A stretch of DNA of 64,000 nt from Deltaproteobacteria bacterium (GTDB lineage Bacteria > Myxococcota > UBA727 > VGSZ01): positions 1,980 through 65,979 of the forward strand of contig VGSZ01000004.1 in NCBI GenBank assembly GCA_016874845.1, read 5' to 3'. The notes under the pieces are model-generated. The model worked only from the letters and a program-made list of their open reading frames with translations. It was not told the origin of the DNA and made no database searches. Below are positions 61,774 through 64,000 of the stretch, piece after piece (positions within the stretch are counted from its first letter, which is position 1; every line of letters starts with the position of its first letter). Made by a program: the position numbers and the translations under genes.

Positions 61774-61790
61774 AGATCACCTCCGACGAC
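61774..61790 (-). promoter_or_regulatory. Ribosome-binding site of tldD
   Basis: Minus-strand GGAGGTGATCTG immediately 5' of the ATG. Confidence 0.7.
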
Positions 61791-62225
61791 GAGCGACCAC
61801 CTTACAGCGGAAACCAGTGGGACCGATGTTTCGCCGGGCTCGGTCCGCTCGACGATTTCTTCGTCGCGTCCTCGGCGCGTGGCGACGGCCACGCGCCTGC
61901 GGGTCTCCTCGACCGCGTCGGCGTCCCTTCGCCGGGCTCGATCATCCCACTGGTCTTCGCTGTAGCGTCTCGCCGCCGCTGGGCGAGGGTGCGTCCTCGG
62001 GGGCATCGCCTGCGCCGGACCGGACCCTCATCCCCTCACTGCTTCTTTTAATCCCGGGAGATAGGGAGACGTGACGTTCTAGCTCAGCAGCACCGCGTCC
62101 TGACGCCATGCTGAGCGGGAGAAAGCCCATACCCGGAATTGGGAGAGGGCAGCGGCGCAGCCGCGGGTGAAGGCCGGTGTCATCGCGACGGAGTGTCCTG
62201 CGATGGGATCAACGATGAGGGTGCG

Positions 62226-63680
62226 TCACCCCGCCGGCACCTCGCACCGCAGCAGCAGCGCGACGCGCTCATCGTCGACGCGCAGGTGCAGCACCTGCTC
62301 CTGACCGACGAGAAAGAACCCCGCCGGCGCCTTCGCCCCCGGCTTCTTCAGGTGCTTCACCCGCGTGTGCTGCACATCGACGTGGCGCTCACCGCGGCGC
62401 GCCGAGAAGTGCGCCGCCAGCAGCGCGGCGTCGCGCAGCAGCAGGTCGGGTACCGGCCCGCCCGGCGACGGCACGACGACGTGGGCGCCCACGGCGTCGC
62501 GGGCGTGAAGCCACAGGTCGTTGCCCCGCGCCGCCTTCACCAGCGCGTCGTTGTCGCGCGCGCCGCGGCCCACGCGCACGATGACCGTCGCGCCGTCCAT
62601 GTTCAGGCGGAACGCCCGCCACGGCTGGCGACGCCCCTGCCGAGCGGCCACCCGCCGCGCGGACGGCGCGGCCATCGTCGGGGATACGGCGAGCGCGGCG
62701 TCGACGGCGGCGAGCGCGGCGTCGACGGCGCCGGCGTCGCTGCCGATGACGGCCTGCAGGCGGGCCTGCAGCGGCGCCAGCGCCGCGAGGCGCACCTGCA
62801 CGACGGCGCGGCGCGGGGTGGCCAGCGCCAGCGCGGTGCGCGCCTTCTTGGCGCGGGCGAAGAGCGCGGCGAGCTGGTCGCGCGGGTCCTTCGCCGGATC
62901 GAGCGCCAGCGCGCGCGGCTCGCCGTCGAAGCCGATGACGTGGGCGACGACGTCGCCGCGGCGCAACGACGGCAGCACGGTCTTCAACAGCTCGCCATCC
63001 TCCTGCAGGCGCGCGGCGTCGCCGTGGCGGCGCAGGTCACCTTCGAGGGCGCGGTCGAGGCGACGCAGGCGGTCGAGCTCGGCCTTCAGCCGCGCCCGCG
63101 CCGCGCGCTGCGCCGGCGGCACCACGGCGAGCGAGGGCGTGGCGTTCGTCGTCGTCGCCGTCGCCGCCGGTCGCGCCGTGGGGGCGCGGCGCGGCGGCTC
63201 GTACAGGCGGCCGCGGCGCAGGTCGCGGCCGTCGTCGGCGCGGGTGGCCGGCGCGGCGGCGAGGATGCGCTCGCCGTCGTCGGTGACGGCGAGCAGCAGC
63301 CAACGCGGGGCGAGGGCGTCGTGCTCGATGAGCACGACGCGGGCGGGGGCATCCTTGCGGGCGAAGCGCAGGCGCAGCAGGCCGCGCGGTCCGTCGACCT
63401 CGATGGCGGTCAGGATCGACGGCACGACCTCCTTGCGCACGAGCCCCTGCAGCGCCGGCGGCTCCCGGGCGTCGTCGGCGCCGTCAGCACCGACGACGTC
63501 CGGGCGGACGTCGACGACGGCGACGCCGCCGGGGCGCACGACGACGAAGCGCTTGCGCCCGGCGAAGACCTCGAGGCCAAGGGCGTCATCGTCGACGCGG
63601 GCCTTCTGCAGCTTCGCCGGCACGAGATCGTCGGGCAGGGCGGGCACGAGCGATGGGGCGGCGGCAGCGGGGGGAAGCAT
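62226..63680 (-). CDS. NFACT-family protein (fibronectin-binding protein A / RqcH-like, contains DUF814/NFACT-R)
   Basis: C-terminal NMDGATVIVRVGRGARDNDALVKAARGNDLWLHARDAVGAHVVV motif characteristic of DUF814. 484 aa, shorter than canonical RqcH. Confidence 0.65.
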   Translation of the reverse strand: MLPPAAAAPSLVPALPDDLVPAKLQKARVDDDALGLEVFAGRKRFVVVRPGGVAVVDVRPDVVGADGADDAREPPALQGLVRKEVVPSILTAIEVDGPRGLLRLRFARKDAPARVVLIEHDALAPRWLLLAVTDDGERILAAAPATRADDGRDLRRGRLYEPPRRAPTARPAATATTTNATPSLAVVPPAQRAARARLKAELDRLRRLDRALEGDLRRHGDAARLQEDGELLKTVLPSLRRGDVVAHVIGFDGEPRALALDPAKDPRDQLAALFARAKKARTALALATPRRAVVQVRLAALAPLQARLQAVIGSDAGAVDAALAAVDAALAVSPTMAAPSARRVAARQGRRQPWRAFRLNMDGATVIVRVGRGARDNDALVKAARGNDLWLHARDAVGAHVVVPSPGGPVPDLLLRDAALLAAHFSARRGERHVDVQHTRVKHLKKPGAKAPAGFFLVGQEQVLHLRVDDERVALLLRCEVPAG

Positions 63681-63794
63681 GATTGCGGGCGCTCCGATTG
63701 GGTGGCACGCCTACGAGGTCGGACGCTTCCGGGGAAGTCGTTCGGCCGCCAGGGAGCCCGGGAGCGGGCCTCCAGCCCATGACGGGGACGACCG

Positions 63795-64000
63795 ATGGAG
63801 CTCGCACTGCCGCTGTTCGACGACGCGCACCGCGCGCTGCACGAGCAGGTCCGTCGTCTGTGCGACGAGCGCCTCGGGATCCTCGCCGGCAGCGAGTTCG
63901 AGGACGCGGCGTCCCTCGCCGTCGACTACATCGCGCTGCTCGGGCAGGAGGGCCTGTTCGATCCCGCGCTCGGCAAGGCGCTCGAGGGCGACGCGCCGCG
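63795..64000 (+). CDS. Acyl-CoA dehydrogenase, N-terminal fragment. The gene continues past the window end.
   Basis: MELALPLFDDAHRALHEQVRRLCDERL resembles the ACAD N-terminal helix domain. Partial. Confidence 0.55.
   Translation, partial: MELALPLFDDAHRALHEQVRRLCDERLGILAGSEFEDAASLAVDYIALLGQEGLFDPALGKALEGDAP

Noticed and set aside
62060-62130. tRNA-like start (tagctcagcagca resembles a D-arm GCTCAG)
   Set aside because: No acceptor-stem complement, no T-arm GTTCGA/TCC motif and no anticodon stem of correct spacing. Only an 8-bp hairpin.

Overview
High-GC (about 70-72%) bacterial chromosomal window with dense coding on both strands. It has the hallmarks of a Myxococcota (myxobacterial) genome: large TPR, PEGA and LVIVD surface proteins, an ECF sigma/anti-sigma pair, Ser/Thr kinases, and GC-rich short tandem repeats between genes. 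About 40 protein-coding genes are supportable. No rRNA, tRNA, CRISPR array, transposase or integrase was recognised. Housekeeping genes recognised from motifs: murI, a fused isobutyryl-CoA mutase (icmF), dCMP deaminase, mnmA, glgP, a purine nucleoside phosphorylase, rpoZ, tldD/pmbA, and an RlmD-like RNA methyltransferase. Accessory and surface content: an ECF sigma / anti-sigma / small secreted protein / 2818-aa LVIVD beta-propeller surface protein cluster; an MBOAT-DHHW acyltransferase pair next to a TMTC-like TPR protein; a VWA lipoprotein co-transcribed with a beta-helix lipoprotein; two peptidoglycan-binding CHAP-like hydrolases; and an RCC1-like gene carrying three apparent frameshifts. 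Gene starts are uncertain by tens of codons because GC-rich ORFs run long upstream of the true start. Most of the long listed ORFs that are antisense to these genes are GC-frame artefacts.
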